In this document: positions 52,644-64,000 of the stretch, piece after piece
How positions within the stretch are numbered: the stretch's first letter is position 1
Layout: every line of letters starts with the position of its first letter
NCBI GenBank assembly: GCA_964016885.1
Contig: OZ024743.1
Span: forward strand, 116,932,001 to 116,996,000
DNA: 64,000 nt
Direction of reading: 5' to 3'
Source: Eledone cirrhosa
Lineage: Eukaryota
The notes under the pieces: generated by a model
What the model saw: only the letters and a program-made list of their open reading frames with translations
The model's database searches: none
Told to the model about the DNA's origin: nothing
Made by a program: the position numbers and the translations under genes

Positions 52644-53279
52644 GTATATATATAATGCTACTGCCATATTTGTGGGGCAAAGTATGTCTTGGAATCACGT
52701 GATTTCATGTGTGATCTTACTGAATGATCTTACTGGTATGAACAAACTTTCATATGAATAAATTTGAGTAAACAGGAAACTACAGAAGCTAGTTGATTAA
52801 ACTCTATCTGATGAGTTATCATTTCTCCTTTCTTTCGCCCATCGATCTTGCTTAAATGTAACATGAGTTCCATTCTCTCTCTATTCTATGAAAAAAATAT
52901 ATGAGAATATGAAATGGAGCCTGTATAGAGTTTGGTATTACGTGCTTATATCTTCATAACTGTAAATCAATAGTTTGCGTTTGAAAATGTCTTATATTTT
53001 TTCCAAATTATTACATATGTATCGCGAATAACGTAAAATAGCAAAATAAACTCATCTTCATATTTGTGCAGAAATTGTTAAAGTACATGTCGTTTTATTT
53101 TACCTAAGTAAAAATAAAACTTTAAGGGAAAGCATACGAGCAATTGTGTAGATGTCCATGATTTGCCAAACGTTTGATGTTCAATCATTGGTTATTGGCT
53201 CGATTTCACTGCACGACACTCTAAATAGATTTCTTTTACCAGAACCGCTTCTTCATTGAAAACTTGATAGTTTTTCTTG

Positions 53280-54720
53280 TGTATGCGACAGCAAACCCTC
53301 GAAACCCACCAGGCGCTGCAACCAGCTCACAGTAGTCGGATTAAAATACGTGAAGTCCAAACATCCAGGTGGGTGGAAATCCGGGCACTGATTTAGTATA
53401 TGTTCAATACATTGATCCGGTGAGCCACACTGATACGCTGCTGATAGACGCAGCCCTGAGTGGTGCATGGTTGCATTGAATCGTCAAGCAGCTGTGTGTT
53501 GCTGATTTAGGGACACTCACTTGCTTCGAGAGAGCTTTGCATTTGGGTCTGGGCTGTGTTGAGGTTGATATTCAGTTCGGCGGATCTAGATATATGTTGC
53601 CAGCTAGTTCTCTACTTCTGAAGCATATTGAAATCTGAATCGCACATCCTTGCTGCGAATAAAAAAAGGGTGGTGTGACATCAAGCAACGTTGGTCCAGT
53701 AGCTGAGAAAACCTCAGCCATTGGTCTATTTAATTATTGCTACCAACCTAAGTATGTGATGCTATTCAGGAAAGGGTACGGACTCAATGCCAGACAGCAC
53801 GGGTAGATATTCAAATGGTGTAAGACGGAGACATCCGGTGATGAGCCTTAAAGTGTCAGGGTGGTATCTAACCACTTAGCATGGGAGCTCCTGCATCATA
53901 CAAGGGACACGTACTCTGCAGCACGGTAGTGCAAGGTTTGGGCCGTGGTACGTTGGGAGGATCTGCTAGTACACAGTGCCGAGGCTGCCAAGAGGTGTAG
54001 TTCTTATCTGTATTCTTGAAACGGCCGTTTGAAAGGAGTTGTTCTGCAATAGAGTTAGCCGATACAGGACATGTAGATTTAAGTCTGCTGCCAGTGAGGT
54101 GTTTTTGAGTCCTCCAAGCAATTCTGCTCTCGACGTTTCCTGTTGTGCCAGTCAATCAGGTTTGATGCTTTTGTGGATGCATTTTCCTCATGTACAGCGT
54201 GTAGCAATTCAACTTAGAGAGTATCACATTTCTCAACTAGGATGTGGATGAAATGGTGAGAAGGCGACGTTGAAGGGAAATCGTTGCTACCTTGATGAGA
54301 AGTTTACCGAAATCGGAGTAGGCGTGATCATGGTTATGTGTGTCTGATGTAAGAAGACTCGACAGTGCAATATCTGCCAGTTTTGCCAGCTCTTCCCAGT
54401 TGGCCGTGCGGAAATTCCATCGTTTAATCTGTTTGCTTGATATTAGTTCGATCGGATTAGCTAATGATCAGCGAATGATCAGGGACGTTTTGTTTTGGGA
54501 TTTTGGAAGGGGTTTAGAATCATGTGATGTGTGATGAGCTTTTCAGATTGACGGAAACAAGGTCACAATATGAGGTAGTATTCCATTTGTCTGAATGGTA
54601 ATCTCTCCGACTGCTTAGGTTGTTTAGCAGTTGCAGTCCAGCTGCCAAGGACCAGTCATCTAGTGCAGCGATATCTGGATTGATGATCCTGTAGCCACAC
54701 GTTTAACTTGCCATCGTAAA
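53280..54720 (-). pseudogene. Decayed LINE (RTEX-like) fragments
   Basis: QCGSPDQCIEHILNQCP (CCHC knuckle); LITGCLRLTPFEYLPVLSGI; CPVSANSIAEQLLSNGRF. Confidence 0.6.
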
Positions 54721-55471
54721 TGCGAAGAACAACATCTTGAAACAGGATCAACGTGTTACTAATTTGGTGTAGATGGAAACTACGGAAGATGGACGGAAGC
54801 ATTGTGCGTGTTCTTTGGTGATAAACTTAATCCGTCTCCAGGTTTAGCACTATATCTAGACTATCGACTAACTCGAGCGGAGTTAGTCAATGATCTAACG
54901 CATTCGGATCAGGTATCTGATACTCGAGGCCTGGGTTCTTCGACCCTTTCTTTTAGAGTGCTGGAGGTTCAGAAAATGACTGTGTGTTTTCCGTTCTCCT
55001 CTGGCTAAGGTATCAAAGCAACAAAAAGTAGAGTCGATATGGATTGTGTTAACATGGATTTTCATTAGCAGATTATTATTTGGCTCTTTAAGTTAAGGAA
55101 AATGAAGTCAAATTATGTGATAGTTTGTTTTTAAAAATTAAAATAAGAACCACCGAGACATTTTCTTTACCAGGCGTTTAATCCATATGGAATATTAGCT
55201 TGGGACATGATTTACGACTCGATTTATTTTTAATACCCGAGAAGGAATCCTTAGCGAAGTAAACAATTAAAAAGGAAACAAAAATAGCATATTTCATCTG
55301 AATAACTCTATTTTACATTAATTTTCTTTCAGACACAAAATAAATGGGTAAATCAAACTAAAAGAAAAAGAAAGCAAGAGAAACTAACATATGTGAAATA
55401 CACTTATTTATTGTCATTATTTTCTGTCTTTATTTTCTGTCTGTCTTTATTTTCTGTCATTATTTTCTGTC

Positions 55472-55657
55472 TGGCGGTGGATTGGCAGTATCGGCAGAGA
55501 GTCGGACGCCATGCTTTCCAGTTACGTCCCTTTGCGGTCTGAGTTCAAATCCCGCCGAGGTTAACTTTGCCTTTCATCCTTACGGGGTCGATAAAATAAA
55601 GTACCAGTAATGTACTGGGTAATTGCTGGCCTTGTGCCAAAAGTAGAAACAATTATT
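55472..55657 (+). mobile_element. Nin-domain SINE
   Basis: Complete head, core and tail. Confidence 0.88.
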
Positions 55658-55999
55658 TTCTGTCTTTTTTTAAGTATATATTTACTGCTATTACTGGGTG
55701 ATATAGCAGTGCGCAGGAGCTTATTTCAATTTTTAAAGTGTCAAAATATTAAGAGAAATTTCTTTTCCGAGACTCCAAGTCAGCATCGAAGCTTCTGTGG
55801 TGTCACTTAACCTACATGAAATAACAGCGAGATCTTTCCATCATCACACTTTCCTTGGTGTAAATGAGAAAGACATATTGGCTAAAATAGTCCAACAAAA
55901 AAGGGAGATTCTACTTGGAATGTCATTTCCGATCATAAGTTTACTCGATTAAGACTGGTATACGTTAGGCACTAAACAAAAACAGCAGCAAGAACAACC

Positions 56000-56079
<80 letters not shown>

Positions 56080-57519
56080 TATATATAATAGGTATAATTT
56101 GAAATTGTAGCCGATACCAATCGAATTGTTTGAGGCAGTCACAAAGCACACAATGGTTCAAAAATTTAATACATTTTCGTCCAGAGCGAGCACAAAGTTG
56201 AGAAAGTGTGACACCAAGAAAGGCGACCAAATGCATGTGGCCATACTGATAACACAACTACGATAAATAGAAACAGGCCAAACTCTAATCTCGACCGTCT
56301 CGAATAGATAGGAATCGATAGAAATCGATAGAAATTTTTATATATCTATCACCTAGTCAATTACATAGTGGTTTCTACTCCCGTAAAAAAAAAAAATTAT
56401 GAGTTGTATTCCTTCATATTACCTCCTTTATAAGCAGCTGAAATAAGCCCTCTAAAAATTAAGTATTTTTTGTTTCTCTATTTATCCAATGACATAAATG
56501 ACTGATTTTTCTCATATTCATTCCTATGTAACAACATTTTACACAAGGCATTTATCAAATACCAGCTATTCGAGTTCATATTGGCCTACTGAAGAACAGA
56601 TTATCTGACCGTATTCAGTCACCTATTTTGAATCATGTTCCTAGCATAAATATTTAATTCTCAATAGACCAATCCAAATACCTGTTAGTGGGATGAATTC
56701 ATGCTGATGGACCATATCTTTTTTGTGCGGTTCTTAGTTTCAGGCCAGCCCTGCTTGATCAGACCTATGAGCGATGGTGTTCCAGCCATCACCCTTTCAT
56801 TTCTCTTACTGCATGCACCATGTATCCAAGGTTAATTTAACCAATGCGCTATATTTTATTTAAGAGTGTAAGATAAGATTTGAGAGAGAATTATATAAAA
56901 GACGATATTTCTGTTAGCTTTTGGTATATTACATCCTCTAAGGACATACGCGGGAAGAAAACAATAGAGGGGGAAAAAACAGTCAATATTTCTCATTTTT
57001 TATATTGTTGTTGTTTGTTGCTACGACTCACACATACGCCGGCCATCTATGTGAGTGCATTACATAGGAGATGTGGAGATTATTTTAATAAAAGAGACAC
57101 TAGGCTTATGTCCTCATTTGGTGGTGATAGAAAGCCGGATTTCAACTTGGAATGCGTAGAGCAAGACCAGATACTGCAAGGCATCTTGATAGATGCTCTA
57201 ACATTTCAGCCACTTCGCCACTTTAGATTGATACTATAATTATCCTCGGTGTGGTTTGAACTCAGGTTACAAAAAAACGTAATAAATAGCGCAAGGCATT
57301 CAATTCGAATCTCTAACGTGTCTGGCGTGCTAATTACTTATTGATATCGTACTTGACGATAGAGAAATGAACAGGGTGAGACAAGCATAATTTACGAATA
57401 CTTCGTAGATTTCGATTATACGTATTCTAGCTGTTCCTTCAATGAACAACAAACAGATTGTATTATAGCGAAAATGGCCTTCTATTCCAGTCAAGCAGAA
57501 TCCCCGTGTTATATATACA

Positions 57520-58380
57520 TAAATACATACATACATGTTGATCGTTACTTCATATCGAAAGAGTGCCAACCCTTCATTGAACATTGCTCGATCATGTGCA
57601 CACAGTTAACTTTTCAGATCAGCTATTATCTTACATACATGTTCACAAATATAACACCTGAACTTTCTGACTCCTGGCATTACCCACTGGGGTGTATCTT
57701 CGTGCATTTTACCATGTCTGGTCAGTGCATCAGCTGACTTGCAAATTAAGCTGCTGTCTTCGCAAATATACCTCAGAGGGCTTGGTGGTGGAACCACCTC
57801 ATAACTGATTTGATTTCCTCCTGGTTCGTGTGACTTTAGATGGTTGACAATCCAGTTCTTGGCAGAAGAAATCGTTCACATACATTGCATCCCAATTCGT
57901 GCTGTATTTTCGCCGGTACTGCACTTCGTCCTGCTTCAAAGTGAACGTTTCAAAGCATCATGCTCGATCCCTTTCCTTTAAAGACATCACATCGGTACTT
58001 GATTATCATTGTATATGATATACAGTCTTTCGCCAATGCCTCACAGATCTTTATATCAATCTTCAGGACTTTAAGATTGTCTTTTATGACATGTTTAAAC
58101 CGCTGCTTTGGTTTATGCTGTGGCCTTTAACCTCTGGTGAAATCCCCATAAAATAACTGTTTAGGCAGCCTTCGATCTTTCCTCCTTACAACATGACTCC
58201 TCCCCCCAAACGAATCTGCTTCATGATAATAATGCTCTTCACAATATTGGCACTGAGCAATTTCTCAAGTACAGCAGCATCAGGTGTGTAAGAGAACAAT
58301 TAAAGGAAATTAAAACAGCATGTGCTTATGCTACAAACATGCTGCTCTCTAAGTATCAACAGCCAACATTCAATGACATG
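57520..58380 (-). pseudogene. 3' fragment of an RTE-clade LINE with C-terminal zinc fingers and (ATGT) tail
   Basis: DRRLPKQLFYGD; HKPKQRFKHVIK; YICEDSSLICKSADALTRHGKMH; CYICEHVCKIIADLKS. Confidence 0.75.
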
Positions 58381-59240
58381 AAGTTTCAAGACGATCGGTA
58401 GCAGGATCAACCGCAGGTTTTTCCGGAGTGTCCTTCTCGATGGAAAAAAATAAGATAAATAAATAAATAAGATAAAATAAAATAAAATATAATTACGTAA
58501 GTTTAAAAGATTTTAATATTTTTTTTACTTATATATATGTATATATATATATATAAATACACGCACGCACAAAGAATCCTACACTTATCCACATATACAT
58601 ATTTACGTACCTACACGACACATACATATGTACGCATTATCGGATGGCCGTTAAGTTTAATGAGTTCCTCCGCCCTTTGTCAGGTTTTGTTTTTCATCTT
58701 CAAGGTGTCCAAAATTCCTCTCCGCACCAAACTTACTTGGTGGGGTTGCCGGTTTAGTATATACTTATTTGAATAAATAATGATTTCGATATAAATTAAT
58801 CGACTAATTCATGAGAGCGATGACTCGGGATGGCTGCAGTTCACTACCTAAAACTACTAGGGAAAAACACAAACAAACTAAACATATTTTGAAAAATTCT
58901 TATAAAAGACAAATAGTTACCAGCGAGTTTCGATATTAGAATATAGGTCGTCGATGTGAAGTACTACTAATTGTAAAAGTATTTATTTAGTCATCCCAGT
59001 ATTAAAGCAACAATTTCAGTCAATTTACCACCCATTTTCCTAGAAATAAATGAATTTAAAAACTGCCACCATCATCATCAACAACAACAAGAATAAGGGC
59101 AGAACGAAAACGATCGGGTATTGGACACGCACTATAGATACATCCAGATATTTGACAGGAAAGGATTAATAGATATTCAAAGAAAGCTATATATATATAT
59201 ACACATTATATATATATATATATACACATTATATATATAT

Positions 59241-59319
<79 letters not shown>

Positions 59320-61809
59320 TGAGAGAGAGAATTCTTTCATTTTCCAAAAATATTCTAAACGTTCCCGTGGGTATGACGTCAGTTGAAGAGAAATAACTAT
59401 CTGTCAAACGCTACATTAATATTTGCATTGACACAACTCTCTCCTCGATCTCGCTTCCTTTAACCATACCAACTCTCCATCACTCTTTCTTTTTTCCTCA
59501 ATTGTCCACTGTATCTTTTATTTTTAGCCTCACCATCGAAGGACATTGTAATTAGAAGTACTTGTAAGTACTTGTGAGTACAACTTCATTTTGGAAATGA
59601 AAGAGAGGAAGATAGATTAAGGGAGAATGAAAGATTAATGGAGAGGAAGAAAGAAAGACATCAAGGGAAAGAGAAATAGAGAGAGGGAGAAAGCGAAAGT
59701 GGGAGAGAAAAACAGACACACAGACAGAGAGAATAGGCGAGAGATAGAAAGAGAGAGTGAGAGAGAAAGAGCGATCATTTGTCTTTAGTTGCAATGGGTC
59801 GATTCTAGTGACCAGTAGCAGTAAATGCAATTATTATTTTTATACATTTATACATGCCTAATATATAATATATATATATATATTCATATATATATATACA
59901 TGCATATATATATATATATATATATACATATATATGTATATATATGAGTGTGTGTGTGTGAGTGATTTTGTGTGTGTGTGTGTGTGTGTGCGTGTATGTG
60001 AGTATGCGTGTGCTTTGTGTATGTGCCTGTGTGTGTAAGTGTTGGATGCGTTTTACTAAATGATTATTAGCAGGGACACATCTCAAGAGAACAAAGGGAT
60101 ATAACGAATAAGTGAGGGATCTCCTCCTCCACTCTATATGAACACTCCGTTCAACCGTGTCAGTTCAGTTGTAGCTGGTTGACCTTGCTCCTCCCAATCC
60201 TTCCTCCCTCAACATTACCCACAACAACATCTCTTACCACTTCCCTTCTTCTCATCACCAACACAACAACTATTACCACAACAATAACCATTAATACCAT
60301 TACTACCAACAACATGTATACCACCGCCGCTGCCCACAGAATCACTAACAGCAGCACCAATACCACTGCAACCATTATTGCAATTCCTATATTAATACGA
60401 CTACTACGACTACTATCCACATTTTCCCTGCTAGCAACACCAAAACCACCATTACCACATTTCTACGACTCACATCAACATCATCGCCAGTATTAGTAGT
60501 AGTACCAGCACCACCACCCTCAAAATAAGGCAGTAACTCCCCAGCGCTAGCATTTTACACAACAAACATAATTATGGAAGTAGTTTTCCCCTCCAATATT
60601 TTTAAAATACAAGAATTTTAGATGTAATAGGAAAATATTCAAAATATGTAACAAGAGAATAGTGAAAATTAATGTGGGTAGCATTGGTCAATATACAATC
60701 AATCAATTGTTATTGATACCTTTTGACTATACACAAGGTGCAATATATGTTGTCCTAGGTCAGCCTTAAATGAGCAATCCTATTATCAAAAATGTTCCAT
60801 CCGTTATCACCCCGTCGTTTTTGTGCATTTAGCAATACATTATTAAAAGGATCGTTTCTTTCTATGAATGATTTGATAAACATTTTAGTTTCTATTTATA
60901 GCAGGCAGGGCAACAAAATAGAACATATATAGCTGGATAACGAGCTTTTATAAGGAGGATTTCTGTGGATAAATATGTTTCTGTTGTGTCCATCACTTTT
61001 CTTGTATAACCAACACTATATTATCCGATATTTTCTTCTTTTTCTAAGTCGGTATAGCATGATCTAAAGAAAATTTGGTTGTTTGGTTGCAATTTATATT
61101 AAGGTCGAGTGATCACATGTAGGTTCCCGTCTAGCAAGACGTAGATCCATGAGTCCTGTGAGTAAAAATGTTCCAGTCATAACCACTCAAACCTGTTTTA
61201 TATCTAAGGCAATATGTATCCATTTTTTTTTAAGACGGTAAGATGTAATTTGGGAGAAATATGGTGACTATTTATGGGTGGTTGATTGACCGGGGAGAAA
61301 CGAAACTCCCTTGTTGACTAGCCAGACTATATTTTAAAAGACTGGGGGTGTTAATTGAGATGTGAAATATTGCCCACCCCAAAATGTTAACGAATGTAAA
61401 TAAAACAAAATGACTTCGACTGATGATAGAACCCTGTTGTCATCCCTAATTCACTCCAATCAAATTGTTGTTGGTATAGTCTAACTGCAATTAAATTCTG
61501 AAGAAGCTGATGTATGATCACAGAAGGTCGAGCCTTGTTCATCCTGTATTTTTGTTTATCCGACTATATTATCAAATACGCATTGGACTCTTGTTTTTAG
61601 ACATTCCTTGTAACGCCAAGTAATATATATATATATATATATTCTCTCCTCAAGGTCATTCTTGTTCTTGTCTGTTTTATTGTAGATTTTAACATTATAT
61701 ATTAAGTGTATTTAATTAACAAGTAAAACATAAGATTCTGCTTTTTGATGGCCTATAATGGTATTCTTGTTGATAATGATATATATTTGTATATACACAT
61801 ATTTCTACA

Positions 61810-62735
61810 ACAGCTCTTGCAATACTTGCACTTAATTCACCCTCCTGCCTTTCATCACACGTGAACACCACCCCGAGACACTTAAACTTCTCCGCCTGCT
61901 TCAGCAGAACTCCATTCACATGTAGATTACCCTGCAGGCGTCCTTGAGAGAACGAGTGTCTCAGTTTTCACATCACTGATTTTTATTCCATCCATGCAGC
62001 AGTCGGCATCAAATCTATCAAGTGCAAGTCAGAGATCACCTTCTGCGACTGCAAATTGCAGTCAACCAACTCTACACCAGCTAGTTGTGATACCTCTTCC
62101 CTCCCGGCAGCACATGTCAATCCTGTTGATGTAAATAATGAACAAAAGAGGCACCCTTGGCAGAGACCGATATCCAGATTGAATGGTTTTCATTTAGCAC
62201 CATTTATCCGAACACAAATATTGGTACATACGTATAGAGACATCTAGGCAACAAAATGTTGACCATCAATCTCATACTCACGCAGAACCTTCCACAACAA
62301 GTCCTGTGGAACGCGGTCATATGCCTTTCTGAGGTCTACAAAGCAGGAATACATCTCTTGACAGTACTCCCACGATTTCTCAAAAACCTGCCGCAGAGTG
62401 AATATTTGGTCGGATGTACTGCACTCGGTGCGAAAACTGGACTGTTCATCGGCTAGCTTGGACTCACCAATCTCCCTACATCACTCTGCCAGACACTAAA
62501 CATAGACTTTACCAGGGAGGCTTAACAAGGAGAACCCTCCAATAGCAGAGCAATCTCTCTTGTTTCCCTTTTTGAAAATTGAGATTATCTCTTCCGATTG
62601 TCATTGCTTAGGTGTCATTCGAGAGATTCAGAGAAACCCGGCGCACACAGGTCAGTCATAGAATAATTTCTTTGTTTAAGGCTTTTTTACATCTCTGGCC
62701 AAATTTCATCCTCTCCAGCGGCTTTGCCACATTGC
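61810..62735 (-). pseudogene. Decayed LINE reverse transcriptase fragment (RTE-like)
   Basis: AFVDLRKAYDRVPQDLLWKVLREYEIDG; GLCQGCL; LKQAEKFKCLGVVFT. Confidence 0.8.
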
Positions 62736-63106
62736 TGGATGTATCATAAACAAATTATACCTGACTCCTTAAATAAGAGCAGTTCGCAATTAAAGACGAA
62801 ATTCTAGGCCTTACTAGAGTGTGTCTCAAAGATTGACGTTCCTCCTCAAAACCCGAAAATGTGACAAACATTCTCAGCTATTTACCCACTATAAAGCTCA
62901 GGTGCTATCCACAATGAAATATGTTTTCTCATACAATGACAACCTAGACAGTATCTAGAGGAAGGCCAATTGATTGATTGATATGAAGTAATTCACAAAT
63001 ACATGCCAGCTTTTTCCACACAGATATTCTTACTCTAGTTCTCTCTCTCACTCCATCACCCCTCTCTCTCTCTCTCTCTCTCTCACACGCACACACACAC
63101 ACACAA

Positions 63107-63170
<64 letters not shown>

Positions 63171-64000
63171 CTCTTTCTCTTTCTCTCTCACACACACACA
63201 CTCTGTTTTTACCGCTTCAAAACGACTTTTGCTCTTTGCAAGTGACTGGTTTCTGGCCACCTCTACTCAGGTATTTTCGACCCAATTCTCTCTCCTCTTC
63301 TCATCATCCATACTCTGCTCAACAGATAACGGATCACGCAAAATATTACGCCCAACTCCTACTTTCCAGAATGTCGGTCTTCTAGAAATTTCTTTTCGCA
63401 GCTATCATTCTGGCATTAGTCAACTTACAATAGATTAAGCGGTCTCGAAAGATTTGCGAACACCATAGTCACAAACCCTTGCCCTAAGCAAAAGAAATAA
63501 AAGAAAGGCTGTATATAGCTTGTAGAGTAACCACCTGAATGTTGTTCCATTTAGTGTATATGCTGTTTTATTTGTTATTTTAGTCCCAAATAAACACTCA
63601 TACGTGCAGATATACTATATCAGACATTGACTATGCTCCCTGTGATAATAGAAACTTTGAAATTGGTTATAAATGCATAATTAGGAGAGCAATATATATA
63701 TAGAGAGAGAGCAATGTATAATTAGAAGAGCAATGTAAATGTATAATTGGAAGTAGACTATCAGTGAATGTTCAAAATTAGGCAAATGAAGAAACTAAGC
63801 ATCTACATCACGACAAAATTCTTCAATAACATCATATTGGTAATGTTGCTATATATATATATAGTTACACATGGAGGAAAACTGCAAAAATTACCAAAGA
63901 CAGCTTGGGGCGACATCACGAAAGCTTCGTAACACGATCATACGGGAAACGGAGATACCTTTAAAATGAGCATCGCCCCACAGACACACAAACATGATGT

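Overview
AT-rich, microsatellite-dense eukaryotic (animal) DNA made almost entirely of repeats. The tRNA-head/Nin-domain SINE, mariners and long (TA)n/(ATGT)n tracts resemble a cephalopod (octopus-like) genome; this is inference only. The centrepiece is a young Penelope-like retroelement of the Naiad type (8856-15669) with an open reading frame: an 863-aa RT (YRDD) + CxC-x5-C-x5-C zinc finger + GIY-YIG endonuclease ORF, 815-bp pseudo-LTRs each carrying a U3-A8 variant type I hammerhead ribozyme, an inverted 5' arm, and a ~1.9-kb 3' non-coding region that appears highly structured. The inverted arm contains a 90-bp patch copied from DNA ~1.45 kb downstream. Around it, about ten short fold-back (inverted-repeat) insertions from several unrelated families sit in (TA)n tracts. 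Most carry hammerhead or hammerhead-like motifs and show the same long-arm/short-arm asymmetry. Other content: an intronless pseudo-OTU ORF (1046-1630, minus), a decayed second Penelope-like element, two mariner remnants, RTE/RTEX/Tx1/CRE LINE fragments, many SINEs (including a five-copy tandem array), a Helitron 3' end and a degenerate TTAGGG-like tract. Most ORF-track entries are microsatellite artefacts. All alignments, counts and folds were done by eye.
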